From Penicillus capitatus (taxonomy: Eukaryota > Plantae > Chlorophyta): a stretch of 64,000 nt of DNA. The stretch's first letter is position 1; each line of letters opens with the position of its first letter. Under the pieces are notes generated by a model, which saw nothing but the letters and a program-made list of their open reading frames with translations, made no database searches and was not told where the DNA came from. Of this stretch, positions 21,383-34,500 are shown one piece after another. The translations under genes were made by a program, and so were the position numbers. The stretch covers positions 638,990 to 702,989 of the forward strand of contig OZ287705.1 of assembly GCA_965649825.1 (NCBI GenBank), read 5' to 3'.

Positions 21383-21555
21383 CGGTTCTCCACAGTTGTC
21401 TGCGCTCCAGTTCTCCACAGTTGTCTGCGCTCCGGTTCTCCACAGTTGTCCGCGCTCCGGTTCTCCACAGTTGTCCGCGCTCCGGTTCTCCACAGTTGTC
21501 CGCGCTCCGGTTCTCCACAGTTGTCTGCGCTCCGGTTCTCCACAGTTGTCTGCGC
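21383..21555. repeat. Minisatellite of 7 tandem 25-bp units, CGGTTCTCCACAGTTGTC(T/C)GCGCTC
   Basis: Units start at 21383, 21408, 21433, 21458, 21483, 21508 and 21533 (last unit truncated). There are no spacers. The array ends 4 nt before the XPF ATG at 21560. Confidence 0.97.
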
Positions 21556-21559
21556 CGCG

Positions 21560-23084
21560 ATGCTGCCCTATCAACAAGAGATCGTCCAGGACCTCAATGC
21601 CACAAGCACACTCTGCATTGTCGGTGAGGGCGTCGGCTGGATAAGGCCCGTTTCTGCCTTTCTGCGCACCTACACTGATGAACGGAACAAGGGGGCTGTG
21701 ATTCTACTGGGATTCAAAGAGGCCCAAAAAAAGCGCTGGACGAAGAGCAGCACCAAGAAGAAACCGCTTGTTGGCAATAGTTGATTTGAGCAAGAAAAGG
21801 GTAACTGCATCGGAATGGCGATCCCTGTACAACGATAGGCGTTGTGTCCATGGCACCCCACGGATCATGATGAATGATCTGTTGAACCACAAGATCGACA
21901 CAGGTCTGTTCGGTGGCATGCTCATTATTCACACAGAAGACATCTCGTTGCACTCTGGGATCGAGTTCTCGGTACGCCTCTTCCGACGAGGCAATAGCAA
22001 AGGATTTGTGCACCTAATCAGCGACAATCCTAGTTCTTTTGAAGCAGGATTCACAAAGGTTCTGTCTTGCAGTGTGAGGCATTTGACTTAAAATGTGTGA
22101 GATTCAGGTTAGGGAGATCGTGAGTTTATTGCATCTTCAACAGCTCTCTCTGTGGTCACGTTTTCGGACAAAAGTGAAAGATGATCTGGAACGCATCCCG
22201 ATTCCGGTGACCGAAATCGTAGCGCCGATAACTCCTGCCATGTCAGAGATACAAGACTCCGTTGTCGTCGTCATGTTGGCACTCTTGGACGAGTTACAGA
22301 AAACGGAGAACATCGACAGGTACGTGACACTCAAATGAACAAGTGTGACAATGTGTGAGTAGGGTTGGCATAACGGCAGAGAACTGCATCTCTACAGCCT
22401 TCGATGGGATGATCCAAAGAAGTCTGAAGTGTGATAAGACGAGCATCCGGCCAGGTACAAAAAATGTGATGCATGATCTTCAAGAATTGTGCAATGTACA
22501 ACAAGGGCTCGTCTCGCTAGACGCTATGGATTTTCTCAGCTTCGCGGAAATGATTCCCATCAGAAGCAAACTGTCGACCCTGTTGTACCCACGTGTTATT
22601 GAAAAGGCAAAGGAACGTGTCCTTGCCTCGGACACTGAGGATGCCTGCAACGGACAGAATGATAGAAAACGAAAAATGAAGGCTTTCGCTGCAGGTAGCT
22701 TGTTTGTTTTTTTCCATGCAGAATTGTGCCGTGTGGCTTCTAGGAAATCAGGGTCATCTGCTTCCTAAGTGGGGATCATTGGACAGTATACTTCTCAGGC
22801 TTCGTAAGGAGATCGAGAACGGCAAAACCAAGAAGTCTGTTTTGGTGATTTACCACGATGAGCAAGCAATGGAGAAATCGCTGTCATCTTTGCTTCCCAA
22901 GAAGAGAAAACGGATACAAGGAATAAAGCAGAAAAAATCAGGTAATGCGCTTACTTTCTCTTAAAGATCATGATGACGTATATGGCTTACAACAGATGAT
23001 GGAAGTGAAGAAGGCGATGAGAAGGCATTTGATGCAATCCGAAGGGCGATAGGTTCGTTGTCGTGTGTTGACGGAACTCTATGA
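21560..23084 (+). pseudogene. XPF: XPF/ERCC4 N-terminal half (helicase-like domain), frameshifted, with no nuclease domain downstream
   Basis: MLPYQQEIVQDL..., TPRIMMNDLL...SGIEFSVRLFRRGNSKGFVHLISDNP..F..GFTK, LSLWSRFRTKVKDDLE...AMSEIQ, PKWGSLDSIL...SVLVIYHDE match XPF. The reading frame shifts near 21720-21790 with no intron-sized gap. The 3' end coordinate is approximate. Confidence 0.85.
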
Positions 23085-23689
23085 GGAATCTCTCTTGCAC
23101 AACGACAAGACCCCAAACCAATAGATCGTCGATTGGCAGATGTGCGTTTTTGTTCGACCTAGGTGATAGATAGGCGCTTCGCGTCGATGGTGTTGTAAAC
23201 AAAGGCGGCTGCGAATCGCTTCTGTCCGTTTCCGCCGTCACACAAAACGGTGACTTCGTGAACGCGTTCGCCACCTTGACGTCACCGCCTTCGACTCGCA
23301 GACCGGTAAGAACATTGAGCATCTGAGAATGTCACCTGTCATCGCTGATCGACTCACAGCCGCGTACTTGAGTTACTGCTCGGGGAAAAGCACATAGATA
23401 ACTCCACGCCATCCATGTTTTCTCTTCTTCGTCAATGACGTGACGTGAGCATCGTGTTTGTAGTTGGCAGACGACAGCGACCGAAGCGCTCGCTCTTTAG
23501 TTGTCGCCATTTCTGCCACTAACACCCTTTAAATGACTCATCTGGATTGTCGCCGTCCTTCGTCCGGAAGGAGGAAGAGGACTGACCGGCTCTTCGAGAA
23601 ACCGTCCACCAGTCCGTCCCGTTAATATCAAATTCCCGGACTCTTGTGCTCGTGAGAAACATGGCAGCGCAGGTTGTAGGCGAAGTTGA

Positions 23690-24560
23690 AATCTCCTCCT
23701 GTACGACGCTTCTGCAGGCATGGGTGTTTTGTGGCAGACAGCAACGTAGTTGGAGGAGCTCCGTTTAGCGAGGATGCCGATATCGTCATCCAGAACTCAG
23801 CCTTCGTGGCAAACGAACCGGATCATCGCGGACTCCGCAACCGGAGGCGCCATTCTTGTGCCGCGGATAGGTTGGAATCGCCACTCTCCTGTCGCCTTCC
23901 TCCTGCAGCGAGCTCAAGCTGTCGCTGGAAGCATTGCCGCTCATCCAGAGAATCGATCAGCTTTCCGATGGAGACTCGACACACGTCATCGAGCTCGGCA
24001 ATTCATTCTTCAAGATGGACACGCGACGTTGCACGAGAGGCGGTTCGATCCCTAGAAGAGCTGATCTCAGAGAATCGCGAACCAACGAACTCGAGCACTG
24101 TTCGATCACTCTTTGGGCGAAACAATCATCACGTAAAGGACAGAAGCTTGCGAATTCAGCATTCGTTGGATGAAGAGACACGGAGGCGACACCAGCCTGG
24201 GTGGCCATGTCCTATCAAACGGCATTTTTGACGCTCTGGGCCGAACTCGGTAATCCGTCCATTACTCAATAGCTACATCGAAGAAATGGACTCTAACATT
24301 CCGAGACGAAACAGCTCGGGTCAATGACAGCAGATGGATCTATCCCGTTTGGACATCCGCGACAACCGTATGCATCGCGATGACGGCGACATTCCTGTAA
24401 GTGTGACGCTACTGTCGCGTGGACACATTGCTGTCATTGGAGGAATCATATGCAGTGGCTGATTTCTGTCAAAACGTGAAGGATGAAAGCTCCTCGCTTG
24501 TGCAAGGACAATGGACAGAGCGTCATTGTGGTAGACCACAGACTCTCGATTGCTACTTGA
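23690..24560 (+). pseudogene. Decayed fragment of a beta-helix (GGAI/FxxN) membrane-protein gene, most similar to the gene at 31549-36888
   Basis: FVADSNVVGGAPFSEDADIVIQNSAFVANE, followed in another frame by ATGGAILV, parallels FVGNRGSDGGAIFAEDADIDIRQSTFEDNEATGAGGAIYI. It carries frameshifts and stops, and its limits are approximate. Confidence 0.55.
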
Positions 24561-25100
24561 CGACTAGATGCCGGATTAGAGTATGTTTGTTCTCGGTGTC
24601 TGGTGAATAATTTCTAGACAGACTTGTAAAGACGTCAATCGATTTCCAGAGGACGCAGCACTACCCATCCCCGCAGGCCATCACTCACCATTTCCGACTG
24701 GAGTGCCGTGAAGCTCTCCTGTGCTGTCAGCCTCCAGTCGCTAAAGACCATTCGTACATCAACGAAGCAACGATCTGACGCACGTCCGTCGACGATGGCT
24801 AGAGAAACAAGAGGACGCAATTCCAACGCCCTCCACGAAAAAGTGTGGCCGTCACGGTACCGCTATGCTCTGGCAAGTGGTCTCTCTTCGTGCGTTTTCG
24901 GAGCACGTGGCACTCGTGCCGACTCAGAAGAGAGATACTCGACTTCAGAAAGCAGCCGCATAGCTGATGACGCGACAGAACTGTCAAAGAGATACAGTCG
25001 CCGTCACGGGCCATTCTTCATTTGGGAATTTCGTGTTCGATGACCAAACGTACAGGCCACTGACCTTTGCGAAGCTCAATCCTCTGTTCCCGCGAAAACC

Positions 25101-27068
25101 ATGAAGCTGATTACTATCAGTGTGTCGCTCTGCCTTCTGCTCTTTGCTCCACACAAGTCGACCGGCAGCCGCAGTACCATCGACCATTCACCTTCGTCGA
25201 TGGCGCTGTCTTCGCTGCCCTGTAGATTTTTTCCCGGACGGCGCAGCGGGCAACTCCGTCACGTCGAAGTCCATAGTAAGACCCGCGTTCATCTGCCTTT
25301 TCGCTTAATGACCGCTCCGATGGCCTCGTCTTCAGAGCGAAGAATCTGTGCTCGAGGGTAACGAGCCTCTTGTGCCGTGTTCTTGACAGACTTGGCTCTC
25401 ACGCTGTGTAGGAATCAAGCGCACGGAAGCCTTGGACCGAAAATTCGAACGAGTGAATGAAGTACGATTACCGTCGCGGAAGACCCACGCGATGGTCCTG
25501 TGTAGAGTGGCGATGGAACTCGGAAAGGCTACCAGGTAGAATGCCGCGTCAATAACGTAATGCCGTGAATGGTTGTTACTGCCCAAGGGCGCGCTCCAAC
25601 AGAGATCAGGCAATGAGCTTGTCGGAAATAAAGGGCAGACTCAGCTTTATAAGCCAGCTGTGGATGGAAACGAAGAACGCGTGAAAGTGCGTGCGAACAA
25701 AATCGGATTCCCGTGATGGCAGCTGTGGACATAGTTTCGCCTTTACCCAGGCGCAGACGTCGAGGCAACGGAGAGTAACAGTCTGGTTCCACTTCATTTG
25801 GCGGCGCGGCTTGGATATGTTAGAGCCGTAAAAGTCTCTTGACACAGTCCTCGCTTTCGCGTGAGGAATGGCTGTCGATGCAGATCCTCCTCGACAGAGG
25901 CGCAGACATCGAGGCCACGAACGTTATGGGAGAAACTGCGCTCCATTGTGCAGCACACGGCGGATCGGTTGACGTCATAGCGGCACGTCCACTTAGCTCT
26001 TCGCTGTTTTTGCAGAACGGCCTTCGTTGTAGGTCCTCATTGACCGAGGTGCAGACATCGACGCAAAGAGAGACGACGGATCTACTCCGCTTCATGTGGC
26101 GATAGAGTTCGGCGAGGTGGAAGCCATAAAGGTTCGTCGACGCATTTCGTTGTTGTCTCGTGCGAAATGGTCATCGACGCAGGTTCTCCTTAAAGGAGGC
26201 GCTGACATCGAGGCGACGAAAGAGGAGGGCTGGACTCCACTTCACGAGGCTGCAGCGCTCGGGATGGCTGAAGTTGTAAAGGTCAGTCAACGCAGCCCAT
26301 CGGCGTCTCGTGGAAACGCTCTTTCGACTCAGGTCCTCCTCGACGGAGGCGCAGACATCCAGGCGGCGAGTGATCTCGGACTCGTTCCGCTTCATTTCGC
26401 TGCACGGTATGGACATGTTGAAGTTTTAAAGGTCCGTCGATGGTGCCAGTTGATGTCTTGAGAAGATTTACCTTGGACGTAGATCCTCCTCGACAGAGGC
26501 GCAGACATCGAGGCGATACAGAAGAACGGCTGGACTGCACTTCATGAAGCAGTAGCTTTCGGCAAGATGGACGTCGTACAGGTCGGTCGACGCAGCCCTT
26601 TGACGCATCGTGATGCGTGGCTGTATCGCAGGTCCTTCTCGACAGAGACGCGGAGATCGAGGCGACGAACACTTTCGGACAAACTCCACTTCATCTGGCA
26701 GCAGCGTTCGGCGACGTGGACGTCATGAAGGTCAGCCGACGCAGTCCTTGACGCCTCGTGATGAATGACCATCGACGCAGGTCCTCCTCGACGGAGGCGC
26801 GGACATCGAGGCGACGAAAAAGGAGGGCTGGACTCCACTTCACGAAGCAGCATACTTTGCTACGGTTGAAGGCGTGAAGGTACATCGCAGATTTGCTCGG
26901 ATCCTGGACATAGTTGCCCCTGTGATACAGGTCCTGCTTGATGGTGGCGCATCCAAGTCAGTTAAGGACATTTTTGGTCGTACTCCGTATGATCTCATAT
27001 GCTATGCCGGTATTGGTTCATGTTCTACGATTGTCTGGTCCGAGCTCGAGTCCCTCTTGTTTATATGA
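25101..27068 (+). CDS. Ankyrin gene F: predicted secreted protein with signal peptide, 4 micro-exons, 1 degenerate and 8 ankyrin exons, and a two-Cys cap
   Basis: MKLITISVSLCLLLFAPHKSTGSR; micro-exons NFFPDGAAGNSVTSKSI / SEESVLE / GIKRTEALDRKFER / SGDGTRKGYQ; repeats FRLYPGADVEATESNSLVPLHLAARLGYVRAVK ... VLLDGGADIEATKKEGWTPLHEAAYFATVEGVK; cap VLLDGGASKSVKDIFGRTPYDLICYAGIGSCSTIVWSELESLLFI-TGA. Confidence 0.9.
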
Positions 27069-29072
27069 GAAGTGCATGATTGGCGTTTCTGTTAAGGACA
27101 TTCTGTTGTTTCTGTCCTCTGTCTGTCAACTGTTTGCCAGATACGTTCTAGTACTTTACCTTGATGGTGCTGTACATAAAGCTCCGTCTCAAATTGCAAC
27201 TCTGAATAATGTTCAATGATTGAAGTGCGTTGTTCTGTGAAACATCGTTGCGTCAATCTCGCATCGGATGAGGTAAACTGCCACAGGTTTGTTAAAAACT
27301 GTGGTGGTTGGATGATGGTCTTATATCTGCTGGCTTCTCTGGACGCGGTAAGTTATACACAGATTAAGAGTCGTCCATCCGATCAGCTACGCTGTATCGC
27401 AAGACCATCCCTATGACACGTTGTTGTCAGCTGCGTTAGCTGGCAAGAGTCTCGTGATTTGCGCTGACATGCAGGCGATGTGATCTGAATCGCCTCTGCC
27501 ATAGAGCACATTAAGACGCAGAGTTCAGAGGGGTAGATGATGATCTTCTGTAACATGCATTCAAAGGCACGTCAAAATCTTCGCAGTCCGAAGATTTTGT
27601 TTCGATTTCGGCGATGTTGGCGATGATGGAGACGCATGACAGCGTTTTCGTCACCTGGACGAATACACGGCAACTTGAGGTCGCCATTCGGCATTTTCTA
27701 CAGTAGCGTCGGCGTCAGTGCTCTGTCAGGTCCACGAAACAAGAATCTGCTTTCTCTCAGAGTTCTGCCTTATGTCGAAACCGGATTATCGCCACAGTCT
27801 CGGACATGGATCGACGGAACTCGATAGTCAGAAGGAATACGATGAAGCTGTTTGAAAAAGCACAAGCATGACTCCGTGTTGTAACTCTATCCGTCCTCCG
27901 CGGTCTGATATGGTCACACACCGGTGCCGCTTGGACAGAGCGCATAGAGAAAGCGATTCTGTTCGCCGGCCTTTCGGATATCGGTGCTCTTCAGGATACC
28001 TTCGTTGAATTTTACGGCGAAAAGCTTAATGCTGGGAAGCGCCACGCGGTTGGTGGCCGACGCAATGACGATTGAGCCCTGAGTCACTCTTCTCTGGCAG
28101 CACGACCCGTACGTCCTTGCCTCTGAACAACCGTTGTCTGGCAACGATGGTGACTGCCGTATCCGGTCAACAGAAACACTCTTGTAACGCAGACGATATA
28201 AGAAATGCCATGACTCGCCAGTGCTCTATGACTGCCAAACCTGTGCAGTGGAGAGAGAAGTCGCTAACACGTCTATCAAAAGAGTGTGTCACTTTACGTG
28301 AGGAAGACTCACGTGTCGCACGCAAAATGAACATTGGCCAATCTGCGAGCAGAAGCCTTCCTTTTAGACGTTTGTCTTCGGATATGGAAGCAGAATGCCC
28401 AGATCCATAGTACCAGGAACAGCAAAGTGCATTCCATGCAGCGGACAGCACTTCGATTGCAACACGTGGTTCCATCTGTTGTGCATCTAGACAGCTGTGT
28501 ACGTCTCACAAGTTCCTGTCCTTGCGGCATTGCCAGACAAACCATAAGAGTGACTTGTCTGCCTTCAAGGTCACGATCTGCTGACGACCTCGTGGACAGA
28601 AGTGATCATAGAGTCGTCAGTAAAAGGGAACAGTTGCCGCTCGTCTACCACATCTGACATTGGATTCGCACGATCACACACCGGACGCTCACTGTTCGAA
28701 AGCAGAGCCCACAGTAGATGAAACAGAACAGCAAGAGCGCTGTAACAACCCATCCTACCTCCACCGACTCGATGGTCAGATCTCAGATGATGGAGAAACT
28801 CAGATGGGTCAAGGCGGTCCATGGCAGACTGACGGACTGACCCATTATGTACAAACAGGCACAGAAGGCAGGATTTGCTATGAACGCAACCCCTCTGTAG
28901 GAAGACACGGAAGAGAGACACGGATGACGTTCGGTACGTTCGCATGATACAAGACAGGCGGAGCACGTATTAGTTCGCATTACATTGTCCGTGCTTTGTT
29001 TTTCAATCTTCGTGTTTCGTTGCGCCTAGCACGTTTGGCCTTAACGGGTTGTCGCACTTGAGACTGTCCAAC

Positions 29073-30485
29073 ATGAAACGCACTGTGCTGTACGTGTGGT
29101 TCTGCCTAGCGGTCGTCCTCCGTACGAGCGCCGGCAGTCGTGGTACCACTGACGAAAGCATTTTTTCGAGCTGAAGTGTGTTATCGCGCACAGAGGCACA
29201 GCTGTCGGACAAGGAACACGCCGGAGACGCATCTCGACGCTCGGCAGCCGGCAAACGAAATGGCACAAGCGAGCAAGTGAGACCGCATAACCCTACCTCG
29301 TGGAGACGATTAACGGAGGCGACTCCAGCAGCTGTTGTTCGGTGGCGACGCGGACCGCGTTAATATGAAAGACCTCACCAAAGCGACGCCGCTTCATCTA
29401 GCGGTACTGACGGGATACGTGAAGAACGTAAAGGTGTGTGTTTGTTCGAGTGGCGGTTTGTTGAGGAGGACGGACCGGCTGGCTGTGTAGGATGCGCTTA
29501 ACGATGGGGCAGACGTCGAGGCAAAAGACAAAAACCAACAGACTCCGCTGCACTACGCCGCGCTCATTGGTCATGCAGATATCATGAAGGCGATTCGCGA
29601 CGCCGCTCAAAGTCTCTCAACCAATCGCCGTTTTGCAGGTTCTACTCGACCGCGGTGCGGATATCGAAGCGAAGGACACGAGAGGATGGACGGCGCTTCA
29701 CTTAGCCGCAACCTCTGGACCAATGGAGATCTTAAAAGTGCGCGCGTTCGCATCCCCACGGCGCTACGTGAGGCGTCGCTGCCTTGACAGCTCCTTCTCG
29801 AGAGAGGAGCAAAAACAGAGGCGACAGATCGAGAAGGACTGACGCCACTCCGCTATGCGGTGTTGTTCAACAACATGGACTTTATGAAAGTGCGCCGCCA
29901 GCTCGGCAAGATACGGCGAACGATGGGCTTCTTAACAGGCACTGATCGACAGCGGTGCGAATACCGAGGCGGTGGATATCTCGGGATGGACGCTGCTCAT
30001 TCACGCGGCACTGTTTGAGGATCCAGGACTCGTGAAGGTGCGTCCCTCTGTGCGACAGAGTCAGACGAGATGCGCTGTCTCGTAGACGCTACTCGACAAC
30101 GGTGCACAGACTGAGGCGGCGGACATCAATGGACGCACCGCTCTGTTCTACGCAGCTCGATTCGCAAGAGTGGAGATTGTCGAGGTGAGATAATCGATCT
30201 GATCAGGCCTGTGCGAGAACGGTGCCGCGACAGATTCTGTTGGATGCTGGCGCGTCCATAATGGCGGAGGACGAGATCGGGATGACGCCGTGTGAGGTCG
30301 TCTGCGCCGCTGCGAATGCGTACTGTCCAGCGAACATCAAACGTATGCTCACGTCTAAGCTGTCTATTGTCACGGGCGGCGGGCGCCGATGGCTGAGTAT
30401 TCTGAAAACCTGCGCCATTGTGCTGTTTGTTGTGCCACTCGTCATTGGCTGTTGTTGCTGCTGCTGTCGTCTCATAGGAGGTTGA
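29073..30485 (+). CDS. Ankyrin gene G: predicted type I membrane protein (signal peptide, 6 ankyrin exons, two-Cys cap, TM helix, hexa-Cys tail)
   Basis: MKRTVLYVWFCLAVVLRTSAGSR; repeats e.g. VLLDRGADIEAKDTRGWTALHLAATSGPMEILK and LLLERGAKTEATDREGLTPLRYAVLFNNMDFMK; terminal exon ILLDAGASIMAEDEIGMTPCEVVCAAANAYCPANIKRMLTSKLSIVTGGGRRWLSILKTCAIVLFVVPLVIGCCCCCCRLIGG-TGA. Confidence 0.87.
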
Positions 30486-31548
30486 GGCTGCAGCCCGAGC
30501 CTTTAACGGCGTCCACAAAGTCAAACAAAGATTTTTGAGTATCGGACGGCATCGGGATGGAGATCATTTGCAAAATCTTGACGTTGATGAACACGGACTC
30601 CTGAAATGTGAGGATGCCTTTAATCTAGTACATATCAAAGATGCAGTCACACGTCTTCCCGTTCGCTCTTCTGATGACATCGAGATCACATACCTCACCG
30701 ATACAAGGTGGAACTCAGACTGACAGAGAAGGTGACTGGTGTTCGATTGCACAGCTGAAATATGAAACGTCACATCGCAGACGGGTGCGGCTCTCACGTC
30801 CGTTGAGTCGCACGTACCTATGGCGACATTGCAGATTGCCACACGAACAACATTGAGACAGTGCGTCTACCAGAAAGTCGAACGGCTGGCTGGTTGCGTG
30901 TTGTCGTTTTACTCGTGCGATGTACCTGTCGTGCGTGGATACGTACGTCCTTTCACCTGTAACTCGGCGCTCTAACTGGCACGCAGATTATCTCTATGAA
31001 CCGTCTGCTGCGAGCTGACCAGCAGAGGAAACGCGTGTGAGACACGCGGACGAGAAGCCTCTCGTCGATGGCGTCGTTCAGAGTGCAGCCACCCTGTTTC
31101 ACTCAGTCCACGCCGTACGACATCGATTTTGAGCGTCTCTTACCATCGTGCTGTCTTTTCATGTCCTCTAGATGTGCATTCTGCACATTCTCTACGATGC
31201 ACCAAAGCAACATCGTCCCATCGGCGACTGTGTGCTTCCTTCCCGGACCTGAAAGCAGATACGACGGAGAACGACACAAAGTCGGACGAAATGAGCTCGA
31301 TGACTTCATTTTTCGTCTGAAGACGACCGTCGGCGCGGATTGGCGATGATTGATTTGGTTCAGTGTTGCATCTTGGGTCTGCAACTGTCGAAGATGGTCC
31401 AACGTAAAAACGCTGCGATTTTGCATGGTGATACGTCTCTAGGTACGTCGGCGTTCCTTGTGCTCGCGTTCTGCAAGAACACTGGGCCTCAACAGGCTCT
31501 GGCGAAAGTTCGTTCGTTTGGTCGAGGCGAAAAAAGATCGTCCAGACG

Positions 31549-34500
31549 ATGCCGTCCTCAGCACGGAGTCGCTCACCGAGTCTCGCCGCGAGACAGCGCT
31601 GGGCGCTGCTGTGCTTCGCGGCTGTGTTGTTCGCGCTGCCGCAGATTCGCGGAAGAGGTAGGACCGCATGCTCCTTCTTTTGCCATCATGACAGCCACAG
31701 TCGCTTGCTTACAGATGTGAGCCCGTCGAGGGCACTGTTTCAAATCCACGGTCGGAAAGAGGTTACCGTCGTTTCGGTAGGCGAGCTCCAGTCTGTCTTG
31801 GCGGACCACGAGTATAACCATCGTATCTCCGTCGACGCACGGGAGATTGCACTGACGGCGAATCTTCGCGTCAACGGCAGTGGATGGGTCTCTCTCGAGG
31901 GAAATAGAAAGGGGGCGACAACCATAAGGTGCACGAAGAACAGCACCGGCACCGCTTTGGTCATCAGGTGCGATCAGCCCTTCCATCGCGTATCCACTGA
32001 CAGGAGTGATGTGACCTGATAGGCGAGCACATGTGCAGTTCGCGCGCTTGCGCTTTGTCGGTTGCGACAACTCGGCCGTCGTCGTGGAACCTGACTACTC
32101 AGAGTCTGGAGAAGAGGGACAGACGGTGGACTTCGACCAAGTCGAGTTCGCCAACAACGGACAGGCGAAGGACAGAACGTCTGGAGCGGCAGTGAACGCT
32201 CGTCGCTGCCCCGAGCAGCCCTGTCGTCGCCTCTCTCTTCGATTCCGAAAGTGCCAGTTCGTCGGCAACCGAGGATCGGACGGCGGGGCGATCTTTGCCG
32301 AAGACGCAGACATCGACATCAGGCAGTCCACGTTCGAAGACAACGAGGCAACCGGCGCTGGCGGCGCCATCTACATAGACAATGGCAGAACTGCGGCGCT
32401 GACAATCGAGGACTCGGAGTTCGCGAAGAACAAGGCCTGGGGATCCGAAGAGCTCGAGGCTGCGGCGTGCAGGTCTGTCCTCACATCCAACGTAATCGAA
32501 CTGGCCAGAGGAACGGGTGGCGCCATCTTCGCATACAGTCCTGCCTCCGTTGACATCCGAACCTCGACTTTCGTGCAGAACACCGGATGCAACGGCGGCG
32601 GGGCGATTGCGGTGCTGCAGATAGACGTCGGCTCGGAAGAGAACTCTCGTCCAGCCTCCTTCTCTGTGACGGACGCCATCTTTCAGGAGAACGCAGCCTA
32701 CTGCGGATCGCAGCGAGATGCCATTGATTTTGTGTACTACAGTCGCGACTGCTCCAAGGGCGGCGCTCTGGTCTACGAAGCCCTGGACGAGTCGCCAGCC
32801 TCGTGGACGTTCAGAAATTCCTCCTTCCTCGGAAACAAAGCCATCGTCGGAGGAGCCATGCACCTTCGAGGTCTCGGCAGTTCCGTCGCAGAGCACAAGG
32901 TCATCTCTTGCGATTTCGACGAGAACATGGCGATCCGGTCTGGTGGAGCCATGTACCTGAAGGAAGTCAGAATGGCGATTGCGAGCTCGAATTTTTCGCA
33001 CAGCAGGGCCTTCTACGGTGGTCACATACTGAGTATCGGACCAACACACCTGAGAACGGAGCGCGACCCCGACAGGCCTGAAGCGCGTACCGTTCTCTCA
33101 GACGCGATCGCTTACTTCGGCGGCGCCGTGCTGACAACCAGCGAAGGTTCTCTGTTTGATCTGGCAGTTGCCTCTGCCACTGCATCGTGTCTGTTCGCAG
33201 GTTCGTTCGATCTCGCTGCGCTGGTCGTCCGAAACAACGTGGCTTACGGGGCCGGCGGCGGGTTTTGCGTAAGAGATTCTTCGCTGACTCTCGTGTTTCG
33301 CGATGTGCTGATCGAGAATAACTCCGCCATTCTCGGAGGGGGAATCGAGATAGTCTCGTCGCCCAACATCACGTTTGAACCGAGCGTCGGAACGTCGACG
33401 ATCATAAGGAACAACACAGCTGCAGTGGGGGGCGGAATGCGGTACCTGACAGGACGCTTCTCTTTTTCCCTGTTAAAAGCAAGCCGAGTCTGGTTCCAGA
33501 CGCAAGACACTGAGACCTTCGTGCTTGCAGATGAAACGCGTCAGTGTGATTGGCAACAGGGCGATACGGATGGAGTCTCCAGAGATGCAGAGGATCATCG
33601 AAGACAGAAGACAATACGCTCCCTCTCTGACAGAAGGCGTGCGATTCCCGGACATCGATGCAGTGCTCGGCCATCTGAGTACACTCAGATTCTACACGGA
33701 GACAGGAGAAGGCAACGGAGGCGGCTTCAATCTGGAGTTCGAAGACGTCGCGCCCAACGACATCGTGGAGGTCGTCTTCCAGGACGTGCTGTTTGAAGAC
33801 AACGAGGCCGTTGTCGGAGGTGAGCTCCGACGAATCTCGAACTCGCCTTACTCGACGGTGCAGGTGGCGTGTCGGCTCACATGAAAGACTTCTACTGGAA
33901 CAGGTCGAACAGAACATCGTGCTTTCCAGCCCTGTTTGGCATCTCTGCCTGTCAGAGGTTCTCGTTCCACAACGTCACCGTGGTGCGAAACAGAGCGGAG
34001 TATGCTGGCGGCGTCTTCTGCAGCATATCGAACTGCATCGCCTTCTCCTGCAGCCCGGAGAGCCAGACAAAGCTCGTCACTTCAGAGCCAGATGTCGCTG
34101 TCACGTCGACGGAAGTGATACGGTCGTACTGCTCAGAGATTTACTGGAATGAAGCTCTCGGCAGAGTCAACGGTGATGGGGCCAACGGAGGCAGCAAGGC
34201 GGTGTATCTGTCAGTCGTCGGACACGAAGGTCCGCTGAAGACTGTCGCGAGCGGAGAGAAGCTGGCCATTCCGTGCGAGGACGGGCGAAACGCTTCCTGT
34301 GCTGCGGAGCTTCGCATCGCCGTCAAAGACATCTTCGATCAGACGATCACCCGTGGCATTGACGACGCCAATCTGACCCTGGCACTCATCTCCAAAGCCA
34401 TCACTGGAGGACTGAGATACACGGCTGAAAGAGGAGTCGCTGTGATCGACAGCACCTTCGCCTGGGGAATCGGCGTCGAGGACACGCTGACGATAGTCAG

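Noticed and set aside
21383-21555. 25-bp repeats as a CRISPR array, and the repeat-rich ORFs overlapping them
   Set aside because: The units are directly tandem with no spacers. The ORFs in several frames on both strands are artefacts of a stop-poor minisatellite.
32033-33796. Bacterial Pmp autotransporter or contaminating bacterial DNA
   Set aside because: The genes are interrupted by spliceosomal introns and end in alpha-helical TM bundles, not a beta-barrel.
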